Shown here in pieces: positions 34,529 through 45,947 of a stretch of 64,000 nucleotides of DNA. The first letter of the stretch is position 1. The number at the start of each line of letters is the position of its first letter. The stretch covers positions 1,072,307 to 1,136,306 of the forward strand of contig MU061050.1 in the NCBI GenBank assembly GCA_013265495.1. The letters run 5' to 3'. This stretch comes from Vicugna vicugna (lineage: Eukaryota). A model generated the notes under the pieces. It was given only the letters and a program-made list of their open reading frames with translations. It ran no database searches and was not told the DNA's origin. Made by a program: the position numbers and the translations under genes.

Positions 34529-37500
34529 GTGCCCAGCACTCTCCTAGGGGCTCCTGGGTCAGTGTCCCCACCCCACCTCTGTAGCCCCTGTGCCTGTGCC
34601 ACTGCCCGTGGCGGGCACCCTGGCCGGGCCGAGTGGCAGGCGGAAGTGTCCATCTCTGGGGCGCGACGTAGTGGGGGCGGGTCAGGCTACGTGTCTGAGC
34701 AGGACGTGGACTCCATCACTCACCTGACGGGAACTGCTCACCTGTGTGTGACCAGTCCTTACCCTTGGGGACTAGTTGAGAGATAGACACGATACACGTG
34801 CCCAAAGTCTGGGTTAAAGGTAATCTACTGCTTGTTCTCACTGGTCTGAGAATATCAGTCTTATTGCCCAAACCAGAGTTAAATTGCTGTTCAAGACCCT
34901 GTGGTTCCTCGTCCCTGAAATGACAGAACTGAACTTCCAGAGCAGGGAGGATTCTTGCAGCTGTTAAAAATGCCACGATTCCATGCAAGAGATGTAAAAA
35001 AGGAATATATAGTCAAAAGCCAAATGAGTGAAAATGAGGAGAGTTTTAAGGGCTCTAAGGAGAGATCCAGCCAGGAGGGCTTGGGGTTAGGGGTGGTGAT
35101 CAAGGAGGACTTCCTGGAGGAATAGGGCTTTAAGCTGGGCCTTAAAGAATGGAGAGGACTCAGATGAGAAGAGAAAAGGGGACGGTGTCTTAAAGAGGGG
35201 TAGGGTGGGGTCTTTGGGGGTAACCAGCTGGGCTGGAGTGGTAGGTGTATGCAAGGGAGTAATAATTAATAGCGACTTTTGGCCTCTGACTCTGCAGTGG
35301 CGAACCTCATTCACATGCATTAACTCCCTTGATCTCCCAGCAACAATCCTATGATGGGGAGGTATTACTATTCTGTTTTCAGAAGAGGGAGGTCAGGTTC
35401 AGGGAAGTTCAGGGACTCATATGGCATCAAGCACCTTGTGTCACTGAGCCCAGGTCTCTTGTCTTTAAACCTTCTGTTCTTTTCACCGTACCTATCAAGC
35501 CATGTCAGAACAAAGGTAGGGAAGGTGGGGAGGGAGGGCCCTCCTCGGGTTGGGGGTAATTCAGGGGTCCCCTCAGGGTGCACACTTCCGGGGTGCTCAG
35601 CATCCCGCCCCCCCACTGCAGTCTGCCCCTTCTTCTCTTGGGGGGTGACAGTGACATTCAGCATGTCTTGCAGGACAGCAGCTCCCTGGAGAGCAATGGA
35701 TCCCCAGAACCCAGGAGACCAGGAGGCTCCGAGGCTGCTTCTGGAAGCCAGGAGAAGCTGGACTTCAACCGAAATTTAAAAGAAGGTAAGATGCCTGCCC
35801 TAGTTAGAGACAGGGGCCTGGGGAGGGAGGTGCCAGGCTGGCTGCTCCTTATGCCGTTGGTACCTTCCAGTTGTGCCGGCCATCGAGAAGCTGCTGTCCA
35901 GTGACTGGAAGGAGAGGTTTCTGGGAAGGAGCTCTGTGGAAACCAAAGATGTCAAAGGTGAAGGCCCGTGCGGGTGGGCAGGGGAGAGGTGTCTGGACCC
36001 CATTCCCTTCTCCAGGCCTGGCCATGCGGTCTAGGCCTGTAGGGCAACTCCTGGGGCTCCTTGGTGCCTCACACCTGGTCCGTGTCACTCCAGCCCTCGC
36101 GGTCAGCACCACCCCTTCCCCAGGGGCCCCGCCCTGGGCTCCTTCCCTTGAAGCAGAGGCCTGGAGGGAATCAGATCCCCTGGGTAGGGGTTTGGGCTGC
36201 TGCCAAGATCCTTATGACCTCAAGCATGTCATTGCCACTTCCTGGATCTAACTATAAAATGAGCCGAACGTTCCGTTCACTGCCGAGAATTAATTCTAGG
36301 CCACCAAGGACCTAACTGAGCGAATTAAAAGGCTGTGGCTCGGATTCATTGGAGTGATAGGTTTCCCAGTGTGGTTGATGACACCACACAAAGGGAGCTT
36401 TAAAACAAAGCAGGTGCCCAGGCCCCACCCCCACCTACCGAATGAGAACCCCAGAGGATGGGGGCCTGGGCATCTGTATTTTTCAGAGGCCCCTCAGGTA
36501 ATTCTGATGCAAGTGCTCTGCAGCCTGGCACTTAGGAGACTAAGACTGGAGACAGGGAAGCATTGATGTTTGCTAGCTGAGGACCACGTGGCAGATCCAG
36601 GACAAAGCTTCTACTTCAATACCACTAACCCTCACAGCAACCCTGCGAAGTGACAATCATTGTGCTCGTTTGTAGATTCAAAACACTAAAGTGCAGAGAA
36701 GTTGGTCGCTTGCCCAACAGCTCCCAGGAGGGATGGGTTCAAAGTGGAATTTGAACCCAGACCTGTCTTGCTCCAAAGCTTGAGGGTGTCACGCTGGGCC
36801 CACCTGTGAGATGGTTGTCCACGCTGACTCTCCGGCACTGGCCACTTGAGGATGTCCAAGAGGTGGGCCAGGGCTGAGACGCTCCACCATCAGCATTTCC
36901 AGGGCCTGGAAACAGTGACTGATGGGGAGAGCACGCAGTTGTCAGCTGACAAGAGGAGGAGCCCCCTCCAGGGCAAGGATCATGTCTTAGTCACCTCTGC
37001 CGTCCTGCCTGTAACAGGGGCCTCTGGGGCATAGCAGTTGCTCAATGTCATACGAATGGACGGCTGGACAGATGAACAAACAAAAATTCTCAGTGGTGGT
37101 TGTTTCCCTGTGGAGCAGGGACCCAGGAGAGCCTGGCAGAGAAGGAGCTCCAGCTNNNNNNNNNNNNNNNNNNNNNNNNNNNNNNNNNNNNNNNNNNNNN
37201 NNNNNNNNNNNNNNNNNNNNNNNNNNNNNNNNNNNNNNNNNNNNNNNNNNNNNNNNNNNNNNNNNNNNNNNNNNNNNNNNNNNNNNNNNNNNNNNNNNNN
37301 NNNNNNNNNNNGTGTCTGGGGTTCTTTCAGGGGCGGGGGTCCGTCAGGGCCTGGAGAGGGGCGTGGTGGGGGCAGGCCTAGCTGGCGCAGACAGGGCCGC
37401 TGGCGGGGGCTGTAGGATTCCCATCTCTGGATGTTGGGAGGGGCCGGGGGGCGGAGGGGCGCTGAGAGGCTCCAAGCGAAGGTGGCTGGCTGCTCCCTGC

Positions 37501-40500
37501 CCAGCCTCCGTCCCAGGCCTCTGACAGAAGGGTGAGCTCCCCGCAAAAGGAGAATGAATTCTGAGGTTGGCTGTTCTGCCTCTTGCCCTGTCCAGCTGTC
37601 CCCCCTGGTCTGCAGTAGCATGGAAGGCAGGGTGTGGATGGGGGCCACAAAGGCCCTGTGCGGGGTGGGGTCCTGGGGCCTAATGTCCCCGCTCCTGTCG
37701 CCTGCTCTTTCCTTCTGCCAGATCGCTAAGCAGCAGCAACAGCTGATCCAGCAGCAGCATAAGATCAACCTCCTTCAGCAGCAGATCCAGGTAGAAAGAG
37801 GCGAAGGCTGGGTGGTGGGAGGGCAGGAGGTTGAGGCATTGACAGGTATTAGGGACAGGGAAGGAGAGGGGATGTGGACTAAGCAGAAGCACTCAGGCCT
37901 GACCCTACGGAGGGGGCTTATTTCTGCCCTAGCCCCTTCCCCTTTATTCGTCCCCTTTTTCCAAGGGCAGGGCCTAGAACATCTTCCTCCCAGCTGGGAC
38001 CTGACGCAGGAAGACAGGAGCCCATGAAGGGGCGTGGGGTCAGCTGGATCCTTTGGAAGACTGTCCCTGCCCCAGGCCTGTGTCTCTCATCCCTGGGTCT
38101 GTCTCCTGTGTCCAGGGCTGACACAGCTGGTTGACCCCCAGGGACTCACACAGGGTTTCTTTGCCCTCAGCAGGTCAACATGCCTTATGTCATGATCCCA
38201 GCCTTCCCCCCAGGCCACCAGCCTCTGCCTGTCACCCCTGACTCCCAGCTGGCTCTGCCCATCCAGCCCATCCCCTGCAAACCAGGTGAGTGTGGGAGGG
38301 GGGAGGGCTGCCCTGAGGTCGGGGAAGGAGCCCAGAAACTGCTCTCATCCGCAGATGTGCAGTGTGGCCTTTCTGGGCCTCCGCTTGGAATCTGTCTAGT
38401 GGGAGAATAATCCCTTCTTTCTGAATTCCACTGGGAGAATGAAGAGAAATCACACTTAGAAAACCATTAAGTGCTTTCCAGATGTAAGCAGATGTCACCA
38501 GTCTAGGCCTAGTCCCTCAGTTCCCTAATATCTTCAATACCTTGAACATCAACTGAGATTTATACACCTCTTGCTCCTGCCCTGACCTTTTGCCCCGTCA
38601 CTGAGACTCAGCGACCACAGACCGACCACGTGTCAGGCGCTGAGTGATTGCTGGGCAGCCCTAGGGGTGAAGACATGTGGACTTTGAGCTCAAGTCTGGG
38701 GAGAGAGAACGAAGGATACCAGTAGCTGGGGCATCTGGGAAGGCTTCTTGAGGTGCCGCTTGTTGGGTCCTGGGGGAGCAGGCTTGTGAGGGTGAAGCTG
38801 GGAGCTGAGGGTGGAGGGCCGGGGAAAGGTGGTCCAGGCAGGGGTCCCGTGGGCTGAGGGCAGCACAGGGCAGGGTGGTGGGATGTGGCGGGGGAGGGCA
38901 GTTGGGGCTGAGCACGGACTTTAGCATTTATTCTGTGGGACACGCACGGATGTTTCAGTAGAGGACGCATTGCACACTGGCTGGAGGTGCTAGGAAGCAG
39001 AGGGGTACAGACCTGTGGAGGGGATCCAGCCTGAACTGGGGCAGTGACAGTGGGACCGAGGCAGAGACAGAATCGTTAGGCTGTGATCCTGGACTCCTTG
39101 TGAGAGGCCCTGGGGGCAGGGCAGAGATGCCGCCTGGAATTGCCCCAGGAGGGGAACAGCTTTCAAGTCTCCCTGCTCCGTGGGAGAGAGAAGGCAGGGC
39201 AGTCCCATCCAGGTGAGCACCTGTGGGTCCACCAGCCAGCCCTTCGGGCCGTGGGCACAGTTCATCGATCAACCCCACTGACTCCAGAGTGAGGGGAAGG
39301 AGAAACACAAAAACGAAGGAAGTCAGGCCCTACTTTGAAGGAAACTTCCTGTTTGGGGTGAAGGAGTGGGGTCTGGGAAGGGGGAGGGGTGCAGGGGAAG
39401 GACAGGTTACGCAAAACCATTGCAATGCTAGGTGCCTGGAGCCGAGCTGCTGGGCTGAGGAGGGCTGAGGTCTGGTTGGGGGAGGGGGCCACATGCTTTC
39501 CGGACAAGGGAGGCAGGAAGCAAGTTGTGGGAAACCTGGACTGGCTAGGCTCCACCTGCTTCGTTTGCTATAGAATCCTAGTAAGCAGAGGCTGCAGGCT
39601 GCCGGACGCCCCACCCCCGCCCCAGGCTGAGTATGAACAACACCCCTCTCTTGCCCACAAGCCTCAGGTGATGCCCAGTTGCCTACAGCCTAGGGTCCAA
39701 ACTCCTGAGCGCAGCCCTCACAGGCCCACCGCATGCCAGTCTCACTCCCCACCTCTCGCTCCCACACCCGCCGGCTCCATTTCCACCTGCCCACCTGCCA
39801 CGCTCATTTGCACCCCACCTCCTCCAGGAAGCCTGCTCCAGTCACCCCAGCTGAACAGAGTCCTCTGGCATGCCACCCTGCAGCGCCTATCACCTCCGGC
39901 CATGTGGTCAGTGGTTTGTCCACATGGCTTATCTCCCCCCCTCAACTGTCAAGTCCGTGATGCTGGGCCAGCTTGAGGGACAGTGAGGTAGGCTAGGTAG
40001 AGCAGAGAGAGTGCTGTGTAGTGGGGAAAAGTCTAGGGAACCCAGAGCTCTCCGATCTTGGTGCTCCCATTGATTAGCATCGTGGGCACCCATGTAACTT
40101 GGTCTCAGTTTCGTGACCTGTAAAATGGGAAGATGTGCTGAGTACCTGTTATGCCACACACTGTCGTGAGTGCACACGAGACAGGCTACACCACGGGTTG
40201 CTGCTTTTGTGCCCTGCACATAGTGGGTATGAAACGCAAGTGTCCGCAGAATGAGTATGTGTGTACCTGTTCTCGCGTCACCAGTGAGTTGAAATTCCGT
40301 GGTCCGTGGGTCGGGAAGGGCAGGAGCTGGGTGAGGAGGCCGATCAGTGTGCGGGGCGGTGGGGGCCGAGGGCATGGGAGGTCCCCAGCAGCGCTCTGGG
40401 GCTGGGAGGGCAGTGGTTGGAAGCAAGCTGCGCCAGCCCTGAGCCTCTGCCCGCTTGGCGCTGCTGGGACCTCGTCAAGCAGGGTGTCTGCTGTTCTGTG

Positions 40501-43500
40501 CTCATCCAGGACTTTTCTCCCTGCCGCCTTTTCCACAGTGGAGTACCCGCTGCAGCTGCTGCACACGCCCCCCGCCCCCGTGGTGAAGAGGCCTGGGGCC
40601 ATGCCTGCCCACCACCCCCTACAGGTACCGCCCCACCCACTGGCCTGCGGTGGCCGGCCGCCCGCCGAGGGGAGCCTGGGGGGCCCTTTGCTCTTGTTCA
40701 CATGCTGCTTCTGTCTTCTTTACCTGTGTCTCCTGGGCCGTCCTGGGTCTTTTGTCTCCTCTGTCCCTCTGTCATCATGTGTCCCCGCTGTCCCTCTGTG
40801 GGGGGTCTCCTTTGGTGTCTCTCACCCTCTGGCTTCTGGGTCTCCCTCAGGAGCCCTCCCAACCCCTGAACCTCACGGCGAAGCCCAAGGCCCCCGAGCT
40901 GCCCAGCGCTTCCAGCTCCCCCAGCCTGAAGATGGGCAGCTGTGGCCCCCGCCCCCCAAGCCATGGGGCCCCCACGCGGGACCTGCAGGCCAGCCCCCCC
41001 AGCCTACCTTTGGGTAAGCCTCCTGCACCTTTTCCTTCAGCCTTCTTCTTGGGGAGAGCCAGGCGGGCAGGAGATGGCCCTGGCATGTCCCTTCCCCCTG
41101 TGGGTTACAGTTTTTGTAAAACAAGGGGTTAGACCTCCTCTCTCCAACCCCCTTCAATTTCAGCATTCAGTGTCTCAGAAGATCCCCTCCCTCCTTCCCC
41201 CCACCGTATCTGACTGGGCACCCCGCCATCAGGGATTCAGGCCACTGAGTTGCACAATTTCAGGGGTGGTTTCTCACTTCTAGCAGGCATGACTGGGGAA
41301 TGTAAATGGCGCCCTCTAGGGGACGTGCAGTGCAACAGAAGGGAAGGGGGAGCTCCAGCCCAGGGGTGGCACGGCGTGAACTGGGTCAATCCCCTCGATA
41401 ACCCCTCTTTTCCCTTTTTTCGCTCTCCCTCTTCCCATAGGCTTCCTTGGTGAAGGGGACGCTGTCACCAAAGCCATCCAGGATGCCAGACAGCTGCTGC
41501 ACGGCCACAGTGGGGCCTTAGACAGTTCCCCGAACACCCCCTTCCGTAAGGTAGGGGCTCCCACTCCCCTGTGCTGGGGCGGCTAGCGGGAAGAGCGGGG
41601 AGGGGAGCAGGGTGGCGCAGAGGGGCTGATGCACAAGCTGCCCCTGTCTACCCAGGACCTCATTAGCCTGGACACATCCCCAGCCAAGGAGCGGCTGGAG
41701 GAGAGCTGTGTGCACCCCCTGGAAGAAGCCATGCTGGGCTGTGACGTGGACGGTGAGGGCCCCGGGTACTGGGCTAATGGGCAGGAGGGCCCACCTCTGC
41801 TTCCCACCAGGGCCAGGGTGGGTCAGGTCGTGTTTCCAGTCCCTGGCCTCCCTTAGTCTGTCTGTGGAGTCCCCTTATGTGCCTGTCCCTTGTCTTGTCT
41901 CTGGGTCCCTGGCTGGGCGTCTGCTGGTTATCTTACTGCTGGCCATCTGTGGCCCCTGTGGGAGCCTGCCCGCGCCCCCTGGTGGTCAAGCTGGACGTGT
42001 CTTTTTCTGCCGGCCTTGGAGGGCTCTCCTCACCCCACATCGCCTGCCCTGCCTGGCTGACTTCTCCCCTGCTCCCCAGGCTCCCGCCACTTCCCTGAGT
42101 CTCGGAACAGCAGCCACATCAAGAGGCCCATGAATGCCTTCATGGTGTGGGCCAAGGACGAGCGGAGGAAGATCCTCCAAGCCTTCCCAGACATGCACAA
42201 CTCAAGCATCAGCAAGATCCTCGGTAAGGGCGAGCGGGTAGGGGCTCTGGGGGCTCTAGGTGCTCCAGGCGTCAGAGTCCAGCAGAACCTGGTGGCGGGA
42301 GCCAGCTGGGTCTACCTGGAGCTTGCTGGAGATAGTCCACGCCATATTGAACTCCAGTGGAATCATGGGGTGTGAGAGTCAGGCAGGATGTGGGGTGGCT
42401 GGGTCCTGGGGTCTTGTACACTGTATGGCTCTCCTGCTGGACTGGCACCCGAGAACTAGAGGAGGGGGAGGGGGAAGGGAGTGTGTGTGTGTGTGTGTGT
42501 ACACATTCTTTGGCCCCACTGATCTCCCCTAATTGTTCCCCTGCTTGCCCTGACCCTTGGAGCCGGCTCTGGCAGGAAGCAGGACAGATGGATATTCTCG
42601 GGCTGTCAGTAAAGAAAGGTTTTTAAAATTACACGTCCTCTTTGGGGAGAAATGTAGGCCAGGCCAAGTGGGGCGAGAAGAGGGCAGTTGTTTTCAAGCC
42701 TCAGCTCCTCCAGTGTCCACACAAGCCTCTTGCGTACTGAGGCATCAAGCATTTCGTCCTGAGCAGGGAGCTCTTGGCGTTGCTGCGGCCTGGTGGCTGC
42801 TCTTTGGTTTGTGCAAATCATGCAGACCAGAGGCCACCAGTTGCCAGATGGTCTGGTATGTGGGTGGGTGCTATGTCTTAAGCTGGCAGTTGGATACGCT
42901 TATACGTGCCAGCTTCATTCATTTGCTCAGCACCACGGAGCACCCACAAGGGGCCAGGCCCTTGCTATGTGTATGTGCGTGCACGTATGTCTGGGGATCA
43001 AAACCTTCTCGGGGCCTCCAGGGCCTGCAGGGGACTGGGGGTGGTTGTCGGCAGAGCCCAGTGCTGACTGCCCGCCCCCGGGCACTGGGCCAGGCTCCCG
43101 CTGGAAGTCCATGACCAACCAGGAGAAGCAGCCCTACTACGAGGAGCAGGCGAGACTCAGCCGGCAGCACCTGGAGAAGTACCCCGACTACAAGTACAAG
43201 CCGCGGCCCAAGCGCACCTGCATCGTGGAGGGCAAGCGCCTGCGGGTGGGCGAGTACAAGGCTCTGATGAGGACCCGGCGCCAGGATGCCCGCCAGAGCT
43301 ACGCGACCCCGTGAGCAGGCCTCCCCAGCGGCTGCAACTGTGTGTGTATGAGGGTGTGTGTGCGCATGTGTGTGTGTAGCTTTTGTGAATGGTGGGGGTT
43401 ACTGTGTGGCTTGGCTGTGGGTACGTGTGCATGGGTGTGTTGGCATCATCTGTGTGTGGCTGGGCCCGTGTGTGTGACTGTGTCTATGGTAAGCACCTAG

Positions 43501-44202
43501 TGGCTCAGGATATAGCTTCGTGACTGAGTGACCATGAGGGACAAGCGTGTATCTGGAGAAGTGTGCTTGTGGGTCCCCTTTCTGACAAACACAATACAAA
43601 TTCAGAGGTACTAAAAATCGAGGTACGTGTCTTACAGAGGATTCCTGACCAAGGATCTTAGTGGATTCCTTTGAACAGGAAATTCCCTGGGGCATTTGAA
43701 ATATACAATTTCCAGATATTGGATTCACATGCGATCCTCCAGGACTATCTGGCCCTGGGGCTGCAAGCGTGTGTCAGTCTGTAGCTGACTGTGAATTTGC
43801 CATCAGGGCGCAGAGCGTGTGTGTCTTGAGCCCAAAGGATGTGAGGTGGGAGGGCACGCCCTGAAGGGGCACGGAGGGGAGCAGGGTCAGGCCCCCTGTA
43901 ACCGTGCATCTTTTCTGCCCCGCAGCCCGCAGTCCGGCCAGATGCAGATGAGCGCCTCGGAGGTCCTGTACCCTCGGGTGGCAGGCGTGCCCCTGACACA
44001 GCCCCTGGTGGACCACTTTGTGCCCCGCAGCCTGGACCCGAATATGCCTGTCATTGTCAATACCTGCAGCCTCCGGGAGGAGGGCGAGGGCCCGGACGAC
44101 AGGCACTCGGTGGCCGATGGCGAGATGTACCGGTACAGCGAGGACGAGGACTCGGAGGCCGAGGAGAAGAGTGATGGGGAGCTGGTGGTTCTCACAGACT
44201 GA
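34331..44202 (+). CDS. SOX13: SOX13 SoxD HMG-box transcription factor; join(34331-34528,35674-35785,35871-35957,37119-~37291[in gap],37722-37790,38171-38285,40539-40624,40851-41013,41441-41550,41656-41752,42080-42223,43094-43310,43926-44202), ~615 aa
   Basis: Translation [15 protein letters not shown]...; Q-rich coiled coil [23 protein letters not shown]; PLNLT motif; HMG box [43 protein letters not shown]...KPRPKR; C-terminus [13 protein letters not shown]; every visible junction is GT-AG with consistent phases. Confidence 0.97.
35674..35785 (+). CDS. SOX13: SOX13 exon 3
   Basis: ttgcag|GAC...AAAGAAG|gtaag; [37 protein letters not shown]. Confidence 0.93.
35871..35957 (+). CDS. SOX13: SOX13 exon 4
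   Basis: ttccag|TTGTG...AAAG|gtgaag; [28 protein letters not shown]. Confidence 0.93.
36380..36520. mobile_element. MER5A-like DNA transposon relic
   Basis: ggagctttaaaa...gcccaggccccaccccc...ggcctgggcatctgtatttt...cccctcaggtaattctgatgc. Confidence 0.75.
37119..37291 (+). CDS. SOX13: SOX13 exon 5 (only 37119-37155 visible; 3' end estimated, lies in gap 37156-37311)
   Basis: gagcag|GGACCCAGGAG... = [13 protein letters not shown], the start of the SoxD leucine zipper; end inferred from the recalled 173-bp orthologous exon. Confidence 0.75.
37156..37311. other. Assembly gap (156 N) covering coding sequence
   Basis: Run of N. Confidence 1.
37722..37790 (+). CDS. SOX13: SOX13 exon 6
   Basis: tgccag|ATCGCT...ATCCAG|gtagaa; [23 protein letters not shown]. 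Confidence 0.95.
38171..38285 (+). CDS. SOX13: SOX13 exon 7 (NAGNAG acceptor)
   Basis: cctcag|CAGGTC...CCAG|gtgag; [38 protein letters not shown]. Confidence 0.93.
40539..40624 (+). CDS. SOX13: SOX13 exon 8
   Basis: ccacag|TGGAG...CTACAG|gtaccg; [28 protein letters not shown]. Confidence 0.93.
40851..41013 (+). CDS. SOX13: SOX13 exon 9
   Basis: cctcag|GAGCCC...TTGG|gtaag; [18 protein letters not shown]...SPPSLPL. Confidence 0.93.
41309..41322 (-). promoter_or_regulatory. Candidate CTCF motif (SOX13 intron 9)
   Basis: The minus strand reads CCCCTAGAGGGCGC, one mismatch to CCASYAGRKGGCRS. Confidence 0.5.
41441..41550 (+). CDS. SOX13: SOX13 exon 10
   Basis: ccatag|GCTTC...CGTAAG|gtaggg; [36 protein letters not shown]. 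Confidence 0.93.
41656..41752 (+). CDS. SOX13: SOX13 exon 11
   Basis: acccag|GACCTC...GACG|gtgag; [32 protein letters not shown]. Confidence 0.93.
42080..42223 (+). CDS. SOX13: SOX13 exon 12 (HMG box, N-terminal half)
   Basis: ccccag|GCTCC...CTCG|gtaag; [47 protein letters not shown]. Confidence 0.97.
42479..42500. repeat. (GT)n microsatellite
   Basis: gtgtgtgtgtgtgtgtgtgt read directly. Confidence 0.9.
43094..43310 (+). CDS. SOX13: SOX13 exon 13 (HMG box, C-terminal half)
   Basis: ggccag|GCTCC...ACCCC|gtgag; [59 protein letters not shown]. Confidence 0.97.
43926..44202 (+). CDS. SOX13: SOX13 exon 14 coding part (stop TGA 44200-44202)
   Basis: ccgcag|CCCGCAG...; [16 protein letters not shown]...[10 protein letters not shown]. 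Confidence 0.93.
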
Positions 44203-45687
44203 GCCCAGCTGGGCGGGCCTGGCCTCCTCCCTGGGGAAGATCTGGCCCCATGCCAGTGGGCACAGCCACCACACTTGGCCTATGTTGGTACTTGGACTTG
44301 GGCATGCCCGGGAGATGGGCACAGCGTGCATCTGTAGATACATTCATGAGGGGAGATGCCCCCTCCCCACCACACCTGCGGGCACACCTGAGGAGCTGAT
44401 GGCCTCGGGGGCAGGTCCTGCATGGTGGTGGTGGGCTGGGCTGGCTGAGCTCCGTGACCCTTGGGGCTCATGGCCAGGGGACACTGGATGATCTTCCCTT
44501 CCTGCAGGTCTGCCCACCCTGGGGGTATGGCAGCTACAGACCTGTCCCCCTAGGGCTACATGCTTTGCTTCCATTCTTTCCTGGCTGGACCAGCCATCAT
44601 GGGACCAACATGTCTCCCCCTCCACCACAGCACCCCAGATCGCTCCTCTAGCACCAGGATCACTTTGTACTTTGTGCAGAAAGGTCTGGCTGTCCTCACT
44701 GTCTATCCTCTGCCAAGCCTGTCATGCCTCTGGCTGCTGTGTGTGCGTGTGTGCATGCGTGTGTAACGCATGTGCGCACGTGCTCATGTTTTCATCCGTT
44801 CTTTCGTTGCACAAGATATTTATTGAGTGCCCACTATGTGCCAGGCACCGGGGCTGAGTTCCTGTGGGTGTCTCTTCATGCCATTCTCGCTTCTCCAGGG
44901 GGCTCTTTCTCTGCTTCTTTGTCCCCTAATTGCTACCTCTTTGTCAGTCTGGGTGTCTCAGGTTCTGTGTGTCCTTGGTGCATTTCTCTCTGTCTTTGTT
45001 TCTCTGCAGGGCCTTTTTGTGTCTCTCCCTTCCTCGGTGTCTGCCCTTGCCCCTTTGATGCCCACAGGATCTCTGAAGGCCCCTGGTCTGCCCTGGGCCC
45101 CCTAGCCATCCTGACCTCCCCTGCTGCCCCTTCACTCCCTCCCAGACTCGGCCTGTCAGTTCCCAGGGAGCCATTTTTAGCTCTGAGCAGCCTAGGAATG
45201 TCCTCGGCCTCTAAGGGGCTCTGTCCTGGTGCCCTGGCCCCTGGTCCCAACCTGAGTGCCAGGAATGGGGTGGGGGGGCAGGAGGACGGATGGTGCCCCC
45301 TTCCTGTCAGTGACAGAAGCCCTGGAGAGCAGGGCTCTCGTGGCAGCTGGTCTCCACGTCTCCCTCTTGAGGCTGGGGCCTCCCCATTCCTGGAAGAAAT
45401 TGGTGAGAAGACTCAGGCTTCATCCCCTTCCACCCCGCTCTGCCTGCTCCCCTCCCCTCCGCCACTCCACACCGGGGAACCTGCCTCCGCTCCTGATCCC
45501 TTCCACGTCTTTCCCTGAGGAAATCAAATTCCGTTGGCACCTGACTCCAAAGATCCAGAACAGCCCTGGGGTCAGGGTGGGCAGGAACCCCGAATCCCCC
45601 AGGGACAGATGTGGAGCCTGTGTCCACTCCCCACCTTCTCCCCTTCCCTTCTAGTTCCCAAGCCCAACTTCTCTCCAGGCTGGTTTT
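44203..45687 (+). other. SOX13: SOX13 3'UTR (minimum extent inferred; no canonical poly(A) signal visible before gap 45688-45831)
   Basis: Follows the stop codon; the end cannot be seen. Confidence 0.6.
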
Positions 45688-45831
45688 NNNNNNNNNNNNN
45701 NNNNNNNNNNNNNNNNNNNNNNNNNNNNNNNNNNNNNNNNNNNNNNNNNNNNNNNNNNNNNNNNNNNNNNNNNNNNNNNNNNNNNNNNNNNNNNNNNNNN
45801 NNNNNNNNNNNNNNNNNNNNNNNNNNNNNNN
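45688..45831. other. Assembly gap (144 N)
   Basis: Run of N. Confidence 1.
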
Positions 45832-45933
45832 AAGACAGACCATTTCAGAATCTGGCCCTTGCTGGGGGAGGTGGGGAGCAGGGAGGCTGGCCCAAGTCCA
45901 GAATTCCTAAATGTGCCGCCAGCCCAGGCACCA

Positions 45934-45947
45934 CTGCCCCCTGGTGG
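45934..45947 (-). promoter_or_regulatory. CTCF consensus motif
   Basis: The minus strand reads CCACCAGGGGGCAG, a full match to CCASYAGRKGGCRS. Confidence 0.65.

Noticed and set aside
40151-41017. 288-aa ORF spanning SOX13 exons 8-9
   Set aside because: Contains exon 8 in frame plus intron read-through and exon 9 out of frame; an artefact of overlap with real exons
41551-41655. 105-nt SOX13 intron 10 (multiple of 3) as possible in-frame retention
   Set aside because: In-frame TAG at codon 12 of the intron
44807-44813. TTGCACA miR-19-type seed match in the SOX13 3'UTR
   Set aside because: A single 7-mer adjacent to L2-derived sequence; expected by chance without conservation data
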